Below are positions 1 to 7,655 of a DNA stretch of 15,226 nt, in pieces (position 1 is the stretch's first letter; each line of letters starts with the position of its first letter). The notes under the pieces are model-generated. The model was given only the letters and a program-made list of their open reading frames with translations, searched no databases and had not been told where the DNA came from. The position numbers and the translations under genes were made by a program. Source of the DNA: an uncultured Spirochaetota bacterium (GTDB lineage Bacteria > Spirochaetota > Spirochaetia > SZUA-6 > Fen-1364); the NCBI GenBank assembly GCA_963745235.1, contig CAVUXE010000013.1, forward strand, positions 1 to 15,226. The letters run 5' to 3'.

Positions 1-198
1 TGAAAGAGCCAGGAGACTCTCATAGTTGGCACTGGGCTCAGAGAACAGGTAAATAATACCCTTTCCGTCCGGGACAGGTTCTTCGACAAATGTCGGAGGA
101 CCCTTGGGAGCCGGCGGCGGCTCCATGGGCTTCCCAAAAACGGGGGCGATCAGGCCCAGGCACATTGCGAGAAACACCACAACTCTCAATTGTCTCAC
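1..198 (-). CDS. Putative secreted protein, 5' part only (runs off the window edge); not in the ORF track
   Basis: Manual translation from GTG at 198, open to position 1: MRQLRVVVFLAMCLGLIAPVFGKPMEPPPAPKGPPTFVEEPVPDGKGIIYLFSEPSANYESLLALS. A strong SD (GAGGAGGG) lies 6 nt upstream. The N-terminus is basic then hydrophobic, like a signal peptide. Starts 46 nt after the qNOR stop, on the same strand. Confidence 0.7.
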   Translation of the reverse strand, partial: MRQLRVVVFLAMCLGLIAPVFGKPMEPPPAPKGPPTFVEEPVPDGKGIIYLFSEPSANYESLLALS

Positions 199-244
199 TT
201 TATTCCCTCCTCGAAGGGCATCGTAGCACCGCGCGGAATGGCCG

Positions 245-2518
245 TCAAACACGGGCCTTCCGGCGCGTTGGCTGAGCCACAGCCCCTTTCCGTGAGAACG
301 AGATGACGATGGCCCGAACGATGAAGACGAAGAGGACCACTCCGCCTGCCCCAAAGACCGTGTCGGGGGCAATACGCATATAGTTCAGCAGCTTGATGAA
401 GGGACTCGTCGTGATCTCAGGGCTCCTCGCGTACCAGACGCCATAGGTAACGGCGTAGTACATCTGGTAGAATCCTGCCGGAGCGAGGGCCAGGATCGTC
501 ATGCCGAGCAACCCACCGTTTACCAGCCAGAAGCTCCACTTCAGCATCCTGTCCGACCATGACCGGAGTGCGACAATGTGACGCACCGAGAATAGCATCA
601 GCGCAATGGCGAGGTTCCCATACACCCCGAAGAGAGCTGTGTGCGCGTGCAGGGGGGTCGTATTCATGCCTTGGATATAATAGAGGACGATAGGCGGGTT
701 GATGAGGAAGCCGAAGACACCTGCGCCCACCACGTTCCAGAAAGCCACGGCGATGAAAAAGAACAGGGGCCACTTGTATGGGTAGTCCTTTCCGCCAAGC
801 TTTACCGTGCGCATGTTCTGGGCGGTTTCGAAGCCAAGAAGGGCAAGAGGGATCACCTCCAGAGCGGAGAACACGGCGCCCAGGGCGATAATCGGAGTCG
901 GCGTGCCGCTCCAGTACAGGTGGTGGAAGGTGCCGATGACACCGCTGCCCAGGTAGAGGAAGATGCTCGCATAGACAACGGTCAGAGAGAACTTTGCGCT
1001 CACCGCGCCTATTCGCGAGAGGATGAAGGCAAGCACGACCGTCGCAAACACCTCGAAGAACCCTTCGACCCAGAGATGGACCACCCACCACCGCCAGTAC
1101 TCGGCATCCGACAGATCGCTCGTCTGCCCGTACATGAGCCCGGCCATGTAGAACAGCGGGATGGTGACGGCGCTGTACAGGAGGACGTGCGTGAGGCCGC
1201 CCCGGTCCTTTTCGTTCAGTATGGCGGGCCTGATTGCGCGCACAACGAGCACAAGCCAGACGATCATCCCGGCGATCAGCAGGAGCTGCCATACTCTTCC
1301 TAGCTCGATGTATTCGTAGCCCTGGTGGCCGAAGAGAAAGCCGTTTGAGCCGAAACGCCCCTGGATAGAGAGCCAGGTTCCTGCCAAAGACCCGAGGACC
1401 ACGATAACGACCGCAAGGAACAGCGCGACTGCCAGGCGTCCTTGCCCGCGCGGCTCTTTCCCCACGAATGGACCGATGAAAAGCCCCGTGGCCAGGAAGC
1501 ACGTGGCGATCCAGTAGATGGCGAGCTGCAGGTGCCATGTGCGTACCGAGGAGTACGGGAAGACCTTCTCGATGGGAATACCAAGGAATGAGCCACCCTC
1601 AACGTAGTAGTGGGCGGTGAGAGCGCCCATGAGGATTTGGACAACGAAAAGTCCCATCGCAACAGTGAAATACGCCAGAGTGGCCTTCTGGCTGAAGGTC
1701 GGCGTCGGCTCGGGAAGAACCGTCACCAGCTTCGCGCCGTACTGGTCCTCATGCATGTAGCGCGCGTACAGAAAGATCGAAAGACCCAGGAGGAGGATGA
1801 GAAGGACGACGCTCACGATGGACCAGATGAGCGCACCCGCCATGGGTGCGTTTCCCACAAGCGGGTCGAATGGCCAGTTCGACGTGTAGGTGATGGACTG
1901 GCCGGGCCTGTTGGTCCCGGCGGCCCAGGCCAGCCAGGCAAAGAAGCTTGCAAGCGCATGGCCTTCCGCGTCGGTCCTCACGATTCCCGGTTGCAGTCCC
2001 ATGCGGCCGTTGCCGTCCCGAAAGAGACCGGTGTAGTAACGCTGCAGGAGGGCAAATGCCTCCGCCTCGTTCGACGTAAATGCCAGCTCGTTTTTCGAGG
2101 AGTCGAACCTGTTGGCCTTGAGCTCGCGCGTGACCATCGCCCGTATCTGCGCCTTCTGCACCTCGTCCAGTCCGTCGAAGTCGCTCTGCGTGAAACTCGC
2201 CGCCCGATCAGGGGCCAGCCCGTCGAGTCGGGCGCCGACATAAAGCCCGGCGCGGTGCAGATAATCGGCGGACCAGTCCGGGGCCAGATAGGAACCGTGC
2301 CCCCAGATTGTTCCCATGTCCTGGCCGCCTCGGCTGAGGTAGAGTTTTTGGCCGTTCTTGACGTCTTCCGAGGTGAAGACGACCTGGCCGTTTTCCGCCC
2401 GTACCACTGAGGGAATAGGGGGTTTGTCGCGGTGAATGATCGTCCCACCGAAGATGAGCACGCCAAATGTGATGGCCAAAAGGAACAGAAGAAGCGCACG
2501 GACTCGTGGATCGTTCAT
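245..2518 (-). CDS. norB: Quinol-dependent nitric oxide reductase (qNOR, single-subunit NorB/NorZ), 757 aa
   Basis: qNOR motifs: GHGSYLAPDWSADYLHR, AHYYVE, RTWHLQ, GYEYIELGRVWQ, WWVVHLWVEGFFEVF, GTFHHLYW, SALEVIP, HAHTALFGVYG; many TM helices. Start moved from the ORF-track 2695 to ATG 2518, which has SD AGGAGG and overlaps the upstream stop (TGATG). Confidence 0.96.
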   Translation of the reverse strand: MNDPRVRALLLFLLAITFGVLIFGGTIIHRDKPPIPSVVRAENGQVVFTSEDVKNGQKLYLSRGGQDMGTIWGHGSYLAPDWSADYLHRAGLYVGARLDGLAPDRAASFTQSDFDGLDEVQKAQIRAMVTRELKANRFDSSKNELAFTSNEAEAFALLQRYYTGLFRDGNGRMGLQPGIVRTDAEGHALASFFAWLAWAAGTNRPGQSITYTSNWPFDPLVGNAPMAGALIWSIVSVVLLILLLGLSIFLYARYMHEDQYGAKLVTVLPEPTPTFSQKATLAYFTVAMGLFVVQILMGALTAHYYVEGGSFLGIPIEKVFPYSSVRTWHLQLAIYWIATCFLATGLFIGPFVGKEPRGQGRLAVALFLAVVIVVLGSLAGTWLSIQGRFGSNGFLFGHQGYEYIELGRVWQLLLIAGMIVWLVLVVRAIRPAILNEKDRGGLTHVLLYSAVTIPLFYMAGLMYGQTSDLSDAEYWRWWVVHLWVEGFFEVFATVVLAFILSRIGAVSAKFSLTVVYASIFLYLGSGVIGTFHHLYWSGTPTPIIALGAVFSALEVIPLALLGFETAQNMRTVKLGGKDYPYKWPLFFFIAVAFWNVVGAGVFGFLINPPIVLYYIQGMNTTPLHAHTALFGVYGNLAIALMLFSVRHIVALRSWSDRMLKWSFWLVNGGLLGMTILALAPAGFYQMYYAVTYGVWYARSPEITTSPFIKLLNYMRIAPDTVFGAGGVVLFVFIVRAIVISFSRKGAVAQPTRRKARV

Positions 2519-2991
2519 CAAATACCTCCTGCGCGGGACCGCACCGCGGCCTGTCCCGTGAGCCGCGTTCTTGGCGGCTTTGGCGACTTTTCTCCAACGA
2601 GATCGGAGAGCTTGGTTGTCTTGAGGAACTCCAGGTACTGATCCCTGACACGGATCCAGCCTTCGTGCAGAGGGCAGGGATTTGTCCTCATGCACTTCGG
2701 CTTTCCAAGAAAGCAGTCCTTGAAACTCTCGAAATGCTCGATAGGTCGAAGCGCATCGAAGAGGGAGACGGTCTGCCAGGCGCCGCTGAGCCGAAAACCG
2801 CCGTTGCGGCCCTTCCGCCCCTCAACGATCCCCGCGCGCGCAATTTTTTGAAGCAGTTTGCCGAGGTAATTCGACGGCGCATGAATCCGGTGGGCCAGTT
2901 GTTCCGCCCCGGCATAGGTGCCAGGGGGCATCCGGTGCAGGGCCAGGAGAGCATTCAAGGTGTGCTTTCCCGAAAGACTTATCATACCCAT
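2518..2991 (-). CDS. Rrf2-family transcriptional regulator with probable Fe-S ligands
   Basis: wHTH segment (AEQLAHRIHAPSNYLGKLLQKIARAGIV), wing GRKGRNGGFRL, and C-x6-C-x5-C-x2-H (CFLGKPKCMRTNPCPLH). Alternative start ATG 2985. Confidence 0.92.
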   Translation of the reverse strand: MGMISLSGKHTLNALLALHRMPPGTYAGAEQLAHRIHAPSNYLGKLLQKIARAGIVEGRKGRNGGFRLSGAWQTVSLFDALRPIEHFESFKDCFLGKPKCMRTNPCPLHEGWIRVRDQYLEFLKTTKLSDLVGEKSPKPPRTRLTGQAAVRSRAGGI

Positions 2992-3021
2992 TGCTCTTTA
3001 TTAAGATACAGGCATGCGATT

Positions 3022-3050
3022 AGTTTTAATAGACATTCGACTATTGTCAA
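3022..3050 (-). promoter_or_regulatory. Sigma70-type promoter for rrf2-norB with an inverted repeat in the spacer (candidate Rrf2 operator)
   Basis: Perfect -35 TTGACA (3050-3045) and an AT-rich, imperfect -10 region (TAAAACT, 3028-3022). Inverted repeat AATAGAC-ATTC-GACTATT at 3028-3045 (6 of 7 arm positions match). Confidence 0.6.
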
Positions 3051-3088
3051 GTCCCAAAACGGACCTTTTCGATGAATGGCGGGAGCCG

Positions 3089-3409
3089 CTATTTCAGTCG
3101 AAGACCATCGATCAAATGCAAAAAGGCCAGTACGGGATGCCGCATCAGCATCCTCGGGCCTGAGAATCGCATCACCTTCTTGATTTGTTCTCGTTCTCCT
3201 TTTGAGTAGCAATGGATAGTACAATGAGCACAGACTGGCTTCGCATGATGGAACGGACATCTGTCAATTTTGAGAGCTGCATAGGCGAATAGCCTCTGAC
3301 ACTCCTCGCACATTGCCGATTCCCTGTTGTGATGGCCCGAACAATACATCTCAATCAAGGTTTGAACGGTTCGTTTCTCTCTTGCTATTCGCCTCTTGCC
3401 TTCCTTCAT
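3089..3409 (-). CDS. ygbA: YgbA-family ('nitrous oxide-stimulated promoter') Cys/His-rich protein
   Basis: Family pattern REKRTV..IEMYC..HH..CEEC..L..YA...RCP...KPVCAHC.IHCY...MRFSGPRML.RHP. Start is ATG 3409 or GTG 3415. Confidence 0.9.
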   Translation of the reverse strand: MKEGKRRIAREKRTVQTLIEMYCSGHHNRESAMCEECQRLFAYAALKIDRCPFHHAKPVCAHCTIHCYSKGEREQIKKVMRFSGPRMLMRHPVLAFLHLIDGLRLK

Positions 3410-3464
3410 CCGCACCTGACCCCCTGTTTCGGCTTTGTCGCTCTATGGCCTGCGTCGCGTACGC

Positions 3465-3481
3465 CATGAGAGATTCTCATG
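3465..3481. promoter_or_regulatory. Perfect 7-3-7 inverted repeat, candidate operator upstream of ygbA
   Basis: CATGAGA-GAT-TCTCATG in the divergent ygbA / Crp-Fnr intergenic region. Confidence 0.3.
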
Positions 3482-3688
3482 AAAAGTTCCTGAGCGGGAA
3501 GGCTCCCACCCGAGGGAAGCGAAGGATCTGGTAATAGTTCCCGTAACACTGTAGGCTGATCTTGAAGCTGAAGGAGCTTCTCTGCGCGTGCACTATTGCG
3601 GCATGTTCCACTCGAAGGACCCTGGGCTGACAGGCCAGGAGCAATCAATACTTCGATTCTGCTTCTCGGACCGCGGAGATAGCCGCTA

Positions 3689-4357
3689 GTGGGCGCGTCG
3701 AGGCGACCGGACAAAGCCGAGAGCTTACCCAACGCTCTCTCTGGCATGGGTAATCGACGCACTGTCGCCGCTGGCACCGCCCTCTTCCTGCAGGAGGCGC
3801 CCGCGGAGATCTGCTTCTATCTGGAGCAGGGAGAAGTGGCCCTGCGCCGCGTATCGCGCTCCGGCGATGAGGTCGAAATCGCGAGGGCAGGGGAGGGCGA
3901 ATGGTTCGGTGAGGTTATCCTCTTCGCCGAGAGCGCTTTCCCAGCTCAAGCGATCGCCATCCGGGATTCCGTCGTCGTTGAGTTCCAAAGAAAAGCCATT
4001 CTGGGCGCCTCCGATCCAGAAGTCCGCTCTTACTTCCTGGCCTTGCTCGCCAACAAGTGCCTCAAGCTGAACAAGCGCATCGAACAACTTACTATCATGG
4101 ATACGAAGGAGCGCCTGGCTCGCTTCATCATTGATCTCTGCCCTGGACACGCGGCCGGCTGTAAAGGGGTGCGAACGGCATGTTCCTTCCGCCTGCCGAG
4201 GAAGAAGCGGGAGATCGCCGTCGAGCTCGGCATGGCGCCGGAGACCCTTTCCCGGACGCTAAGGCAGATGGAAGAGGAGGGCTACATACGGATCACCGGT
4301 CCTCGAATCGAAATACCATCGTGCGAGGAGCTTTGGCGCCTGGTCGAAGGAGACTAG
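3689..4357 (+). CDS. Crp/Fnr-family transcriptional regulator (HcpR/Dnr-like)
   Basis: cNMP-binding-like domain (LFLQE..FYLEQGEV..GEWFGE), ERLARF helix, and HTH EIAVELGMAPETLSR with the E-x-x-S-R signature. Lies directly upstream of the ferredoxin-hcp genes. Start uncertain (GTG 3689). Confidence 0.9.
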   Translation: MGASRRPDKAESLPNALSGMGNRRTVAAGTALFLQEAPAEICFYLEQGEVALRRVSRSGDEVEIARAGEGEWFGEVILFAESAFPAQAIAIRDSVVVEFQRKAILGASDPEVRSYFLALLANKCLKLNKRIEQLTIMDTKERLARFIIDLCPGHAAGCKGVRTACSFRLPRKKREIAVELGMAPETLSRTLRQMEEEGYIRITGPRIEIPSCEELWRLVEGD

Positions 4358-4392
4358 GAGATCCCCCTCCCGAGATCGAAAAAGTGTTTTTC

Positions 4393-4434
4393 TTGATCCA
4401 GATCAAGGAATAACATCTCCTTTTTCACTAGGCT
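4393..4434 (+). promoter_or_regulatory. FNR/Dnr box with class II-activated promoter for the ferredoxin-hcp operon
   Basis: Perfect TTGAT-CCAG-ATCAA at 4393-4406 (centre 4399.5). TAGGCT at 4429-4434 sits where a -10 would be if the box is at -41.5 (+1 about 4441). SD GGAGG precedes ATG 4460. Confidence 0.85.
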
Positions 4435-4459
4435 TCTTCTCGTCGGGAGGGAGTCCTCA

Positions 4460-5155
4460 ATGAAACGCAAGATCATCGAGATAGATCGGGACCTCTGCAA
4501 CGGATGCGCCAGCTGCACGACTGCCTGCGCAGAGGGGGCCATAGAGCTCGAAGGCGAGGGCCGGGCAGCCCTCGCGCGGGACACTTACTGCGACGGCCTC
4601 GGAGCTTGCTTGGCAGTCTGCCCGACTGGGGCACTGAAAGTTGTGGAGAAGGAGGCCTCTGCGTACGACGAGGATGCCGCCGTCGCCCACGTGATTGCCA
4701 TCCGGGGGAGCGAAGCGGCCACTCAGATTCATCGAGGTGAAGCGCCTGGGGCCGCGATGCAACACCCCCTGCCGGGCGGCGTTCCGACGCCGTCGGATCT
4801 GGGGCAGTGGCCCATCCAGCTTCACCTCATATCGGCCGCTGCGCCCTGCTTCCGCGAGTGCGATCTCCTCGTGGCTGCGGACTGCACAGCCTTCGCGCTC
4901 GGCAACTTCCATGCCGACCTCCTGCGCGGCAAGGCGCTCGTGATAGCCTGTCCCAAGCTGGACCGGACCGAAGGCTACGTCGAGAAGCTCGCCGAGCTTA
5001 TTGCGGGAAACACCATTTATTCGCTCACGGTAGCCATTATGGAAGTGCCCTGCTGCTCGGGGCTCTTGCGAATTGTCGAGGGAGCCGTTGCCGAGTCCGG
5101 AAAGAATATCGCGGTCAAGACCGTCGTCGTCGGCATCGAGGGCCAACGACAATAG
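4460..5155 (+). CDS. 4Fe-4S ferredoxin-domain protein of the type commonly adjacent to hcp (FrdX-like)
   Basis: [11 protein letters not shown] and [12 protein letters not shown] ferredoxin motifs; C-terminal domain with [21 protein letters not shown] and MEVPCC. Confidence 0.88.
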   Translation: MKRKIIEIDRDLCNGCASCTTACAEGAIELEGEGRAALARDTYCDGLGACLAVCPTGALKVVEKEASAYDEDAAVAHVIAIRGSEAATQIHRGEAPGAAMQHPLPGGVPTPSDLGQWPIQLHLISAAAPCFRECDLLVAADCTAFALGNFHADLLRGKALVIACPKLDRTEGYVEKLAELIAGNTIYSLTVAIMEVPCCSGLLRIVEGAVAESGKNIAVKTVVVGIEGQRQ

Positions 5156-5213
5156 GACGCAAGGACAATCTTTGCTGCTCAGGTCGCGCAATCGACCAAC
5201 AACAGGAGGGACC

Positions 5214-6869
5214 ATGTTCTGCCACCAGTGCCAGGAAACGATGCGAAACTCGGGATGCAATGCCGCCAAGGGAGTCTGCGGCAAAACGGACGAAGTCTCC
5301 AATCTTCAGGACCTTGTCCTCCATGTCTGCAAGGGAATCGGATTTTGGGGCACGAAAGCCCTCGAGGAGGGCGTCTGGCACGAAGACGCCGCCTTCATCG
5401 TGGAGCGGATTCTGTTTGCGACGATCACGAACGCCAACTTCGCGGCCTCGGACTTCGAGCGCTGGATCGGCGAGGCTCTGAAAGTCAGAGAGGATCTGAA
5501 GGGTGCCTGTATCGGCGCCGGCGGAAACGCCTCGAGCGCTCTGCCCGACGCCGCGACCTGGACCGCAAGAAGCGCCGAAGAGATCCGCGCGGCGGCACGC
5601 ACCGGCAAGGGCGGCTGGGCGGAGACCGCGAACGAGGACATCCGCGCCCTCAGATCCCTCGTCCTCTACGGGCTCAAAGGCATGGCGGCCTACGTCGAGC
5701 ACGCGTACAATCTTGGCAAGTCCTCGAAGGAGGTCTTCATCTTCATATTCCGCGCCCTCTCGGCCTTGACCGACGAGAAGCTCCGCGCGGATGAGTTGAC
5801 CTCCCTCGTCCTCGAAACGGGCAAGTTCGGAGTCGACGCCATGGCCCTGCTCGACACGGCCAATACGGGGACCTACGGGGCACCCAAGATCACCAAGGTG
5901 CGCACAGGCGTAAGGAACCGTCCCGGAATCCTGATCTCGGGCCATGACCTGCGCGACCTCCACGATCTGCTCGAGCAGACCATGCATGCGGGTGTGGATG
6001 TCTACACCCACGGCGAGATGCTGCCAGCCCACTCCTATCCCTTCTTTGAGAAGTACGAGAACCTCTACGGCAACTACGGCGGCTCCTGGTGGAGCCAAGG
6101 TTCCGAGATCGAGAAGTTCGGCGGCCCCGTGCTCTTTACCTCGAACTGCCTCGTACCGCCTCGCCAGGAGCACAAGAACCGGGTCTTCACCACGGGCGTT
6201 GTCGGCTTCCCTGGCTGCGCGCACATCCCGGACCGGGTTCCAGGGAAGATGAAGGATTTCTCGGCGATTATCGCCCTGGCGAAGACCTGCCCGCCGCCAG
6301 TCAAGCTGGAGGACGGGGAAATTCTTGGCGGCTTCGCCCACGACCAGGTCTTCGCCCTCGCGGACAAAGTAGTCGGGGCCGTGAAAAGCGGCGCGATCAA
6401 GCGCTTCGTGGTCATGGCCGGCTGCGACGGACGGCAGGGTGCGCGCTCCTACTACACAGACGTGGCCGAGAAGCTGCCCAAGGACACGGTGATCCTTACG
6501 GCCGGCTGCGCGAAATACCGCTATACCAAGCTCGCGTTAGGCGACATCGGCGGTATTCCGAGGGTCCTCGACGCTGGCCAGTGCAACGACTCCTACAGCC
6601 TCGCCCTGATCGCGCTCAAGCTCAAGGAGATCTTCGGCCTCGACGATATCAACGAGCTTCCGCTGTCCTTCGACATCGCCTGGTACGAGCAGAAGGCAGT
6701 GCTCGTCCTCCTCGCGCTGCTCTCCCTCGGCGTCAGGAATATCCGACTGGGGCCGACCCTCCCTGGCTTTTTCTCCCCTTCGGTCGCGAAGGTCCTCGTA
6801 GAGAGGTTCGACATCAAGGGGATCACGACGCCCGACGCCGATGTTGCGGCCATGATGGCGGGGAAATGA
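5214..6869 (+). CDS. hcp: Hybrid cluster protein (prismane; hydroxylamine/NO reductase), 551 aa
   Basis: N-terminal [24 protein letters not shown] cubane motif and hybrid-cluster motifs ISGHD, HGEMLP, SNC, AGCDG, TAGCAK, GQCND, WYEQKA. Start moved to ATG 5214 (SD AGGAGG). Confidence 0.97.
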   Translation: MFCHQCQETMRNSGCNAAKGVCGKTDEVSNLQDLVLHVCKGIGFWGTKALEEGVWHEDAAFIVERILFATITNANFAASDFERWIGEALKVREDLKGACIGAGGNASSALPDAATWTARSAEEIRAAARTGKGGWAETANEDIRALRSLVLYGLKGMAAYVEHAYNLGKSSKEVFIFIFRALSALTDEKLRADELTSLVLETGKFGVDAMALLDTANTGTYGAPKITKVRTGVRNRPGILISGHDLRDLHDLLEQTMHAGVDVYTHGEMLPAHSYPFFEKYENLYGNYGGSWWSQGSEIEKFGGPVLFTSNCLVPPRQEHKNRVFTTGVVGFPGCAHIPDRVPGKMKDFSAIIALAKTCPPPVKLEDGEILGGFAHDQVFALADKVVGAVKSGAIKRFVVMAGCDGRQGARSYYTDVAEKLPKDTVILTAGCAKYRYTKLALGDIGGIPRVLDAGQCNDSYSLALIALKLKEIFGLDDINELPLSFDIAWYEQKAVLVLLALLSLGVRNIRLGPTLPGFFSPSVAKVLVERFDIKGITTPDADVAAMMAGK

Positions 6870-6891
6870 AAAGGAGGACTGCCGGGAAATA

Positions 6892-6929
6892 AGGCCGAGA
6901 TGCGGCCTGAACACAGGGGGCGCGTGTTC
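6892..6929. terminator. Two tandem short hairpins between the convergent hcp and livF genes
   Basis: AGGCCG-AGATG-CGGCCT (6892-6908) and GAACAC-N9-GTGTTC (6909-6929); no clear U-tract. Confidence 0.3.
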
Positions 6930-7643
6930 CTATAGCACCAGCTCGCCCATGTAGGCCGCTTGGAGGCTCTTATCCGAGGCGAGATCGGCGCTTTTCGCCT
7001 CGAGACGGATTTCTCCGACCTGCAGAATATACGCGCGATTGGAGAACTCGAGCGCCTGCGCCGCGTTTTGCTCCACCAGAAGCACGCTGGTCCCCCCCCG
7101 TGAGAGCCCCGGCAGCACAGAGAGGATACGCTTCGTGGCAATGGGGGAAAGCCCCAGAGAAGGCTCATCAAGGAGCAGGAGGCGCGGGTCGCTGATGAGT
7201 GCCCGCATGAGAGCCGCCATCTGCTGTTCTCCGCCGCTCAGCGTCCCGGCAAGCTGGTCGAGCCGGCCGCCGATCTCGGGAAAAAGCGTCAGCACCCGCT
7301 CGAGGTTGTTCGCCACGGCCTTCCGTGATCGAAGGACGTACGCGCCCATCAAGAGGTTCTCCCTCAGCGTCATGTCGGCGAACAACTGCCGTCCTTCACG
7401 GCAATGGCTGATGGCGTGGGCTATGGCCTTGTGCGGCGCGAGGCTTGACAGCTCCTCGCCGTTCCAGACGATGCGCCCTGCGCGGGCGCGGACAAGCCCC
7501 GAAATCGCTTTGAGCGTGGTGGTCTTGCCGGCGCCGTTGGCGCCGATCAAGGCGACCGTCTCACCGTCATCAACGTGGAAGCTGATCCCTCGAAGAGCAA
7601 CAGCGCCGTTGTAGGCAACTTCCAGGTCACGGATCTCCAGCAT
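6930..7643 (-). CDS. livF: Branched-chain amino acid (HAAT)-type ABC transporter ATPase
   Basis: Walker A GANGAGKT, signature LSGGEQQM, Walker B LLLLDEPSLGL, VEQN, C-terminal AYMG. Confidence 0.93.
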   Translation of the reverse strand: MLEIRDLEVAYNGAVALRGISFHVDDGETVALIGANGAGKTTTLKAISGLVRARAGRIVWNGEELSSLAPHKAIAHAISHCREGRQLFADMTLRENLLMGAYVLRSRKAVANNLERVLTLFPEIGGRLDQLAGTLSGGEQQMAALMRALISDPRLLLLDEPSLGLSPIATKRILSVLPGLSRGGTSVLLVEQNAAQALEFSNRAYILQVGEIRLEAKSADLASDKSLQAAYMGELVL

Positions 7644-7655
7644 GCCGTCCCCTCC

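Noticed and set aside
107-124. GC hairpin GGAGCCG...CGGCTCC as a norB terminator
   Set aside because: It lies within the Pro-rich coding segment of the 1-198 ORF and has no U-tract on the minus strand.
245-2518. qNOR as a putative NO dismutase (NOD) or other divergent heme-copper oxidase
   Set aside because: The active-site His/Glu motifs (HLWVEGFFE, HH, ALE, HAH) and quinol-site motifs (AHYYVE, PD) look canonical for qNOR.
2519-2695. 59-aa N-terminal extension of qNOR in the ORF track
   Set aside because: It overlaps the Rrf2 gene in another frame; ATG 2518 has a strong SD and a coupled stop/start.
3003-3025. Possible NsrR box (AAGATACA...) upstream of rrf2
   Set aside because: Only a partial half-site; there is no matching second arm.
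3406-3777. 123-aa minus-strand ORF across the ygbA / Crp-Fnr intergenic region
   Set aside because: No recognisable motif; it overlaps the regulator head-to-head and covers the probable divergent promoters.
5073-5213. N-terminal extension of Hcp in the ORF track
   Set aside because: It overlaps the ferredoxin gene; Hcp proteins begin at MFC and SD AGGAGG precedes 5214.
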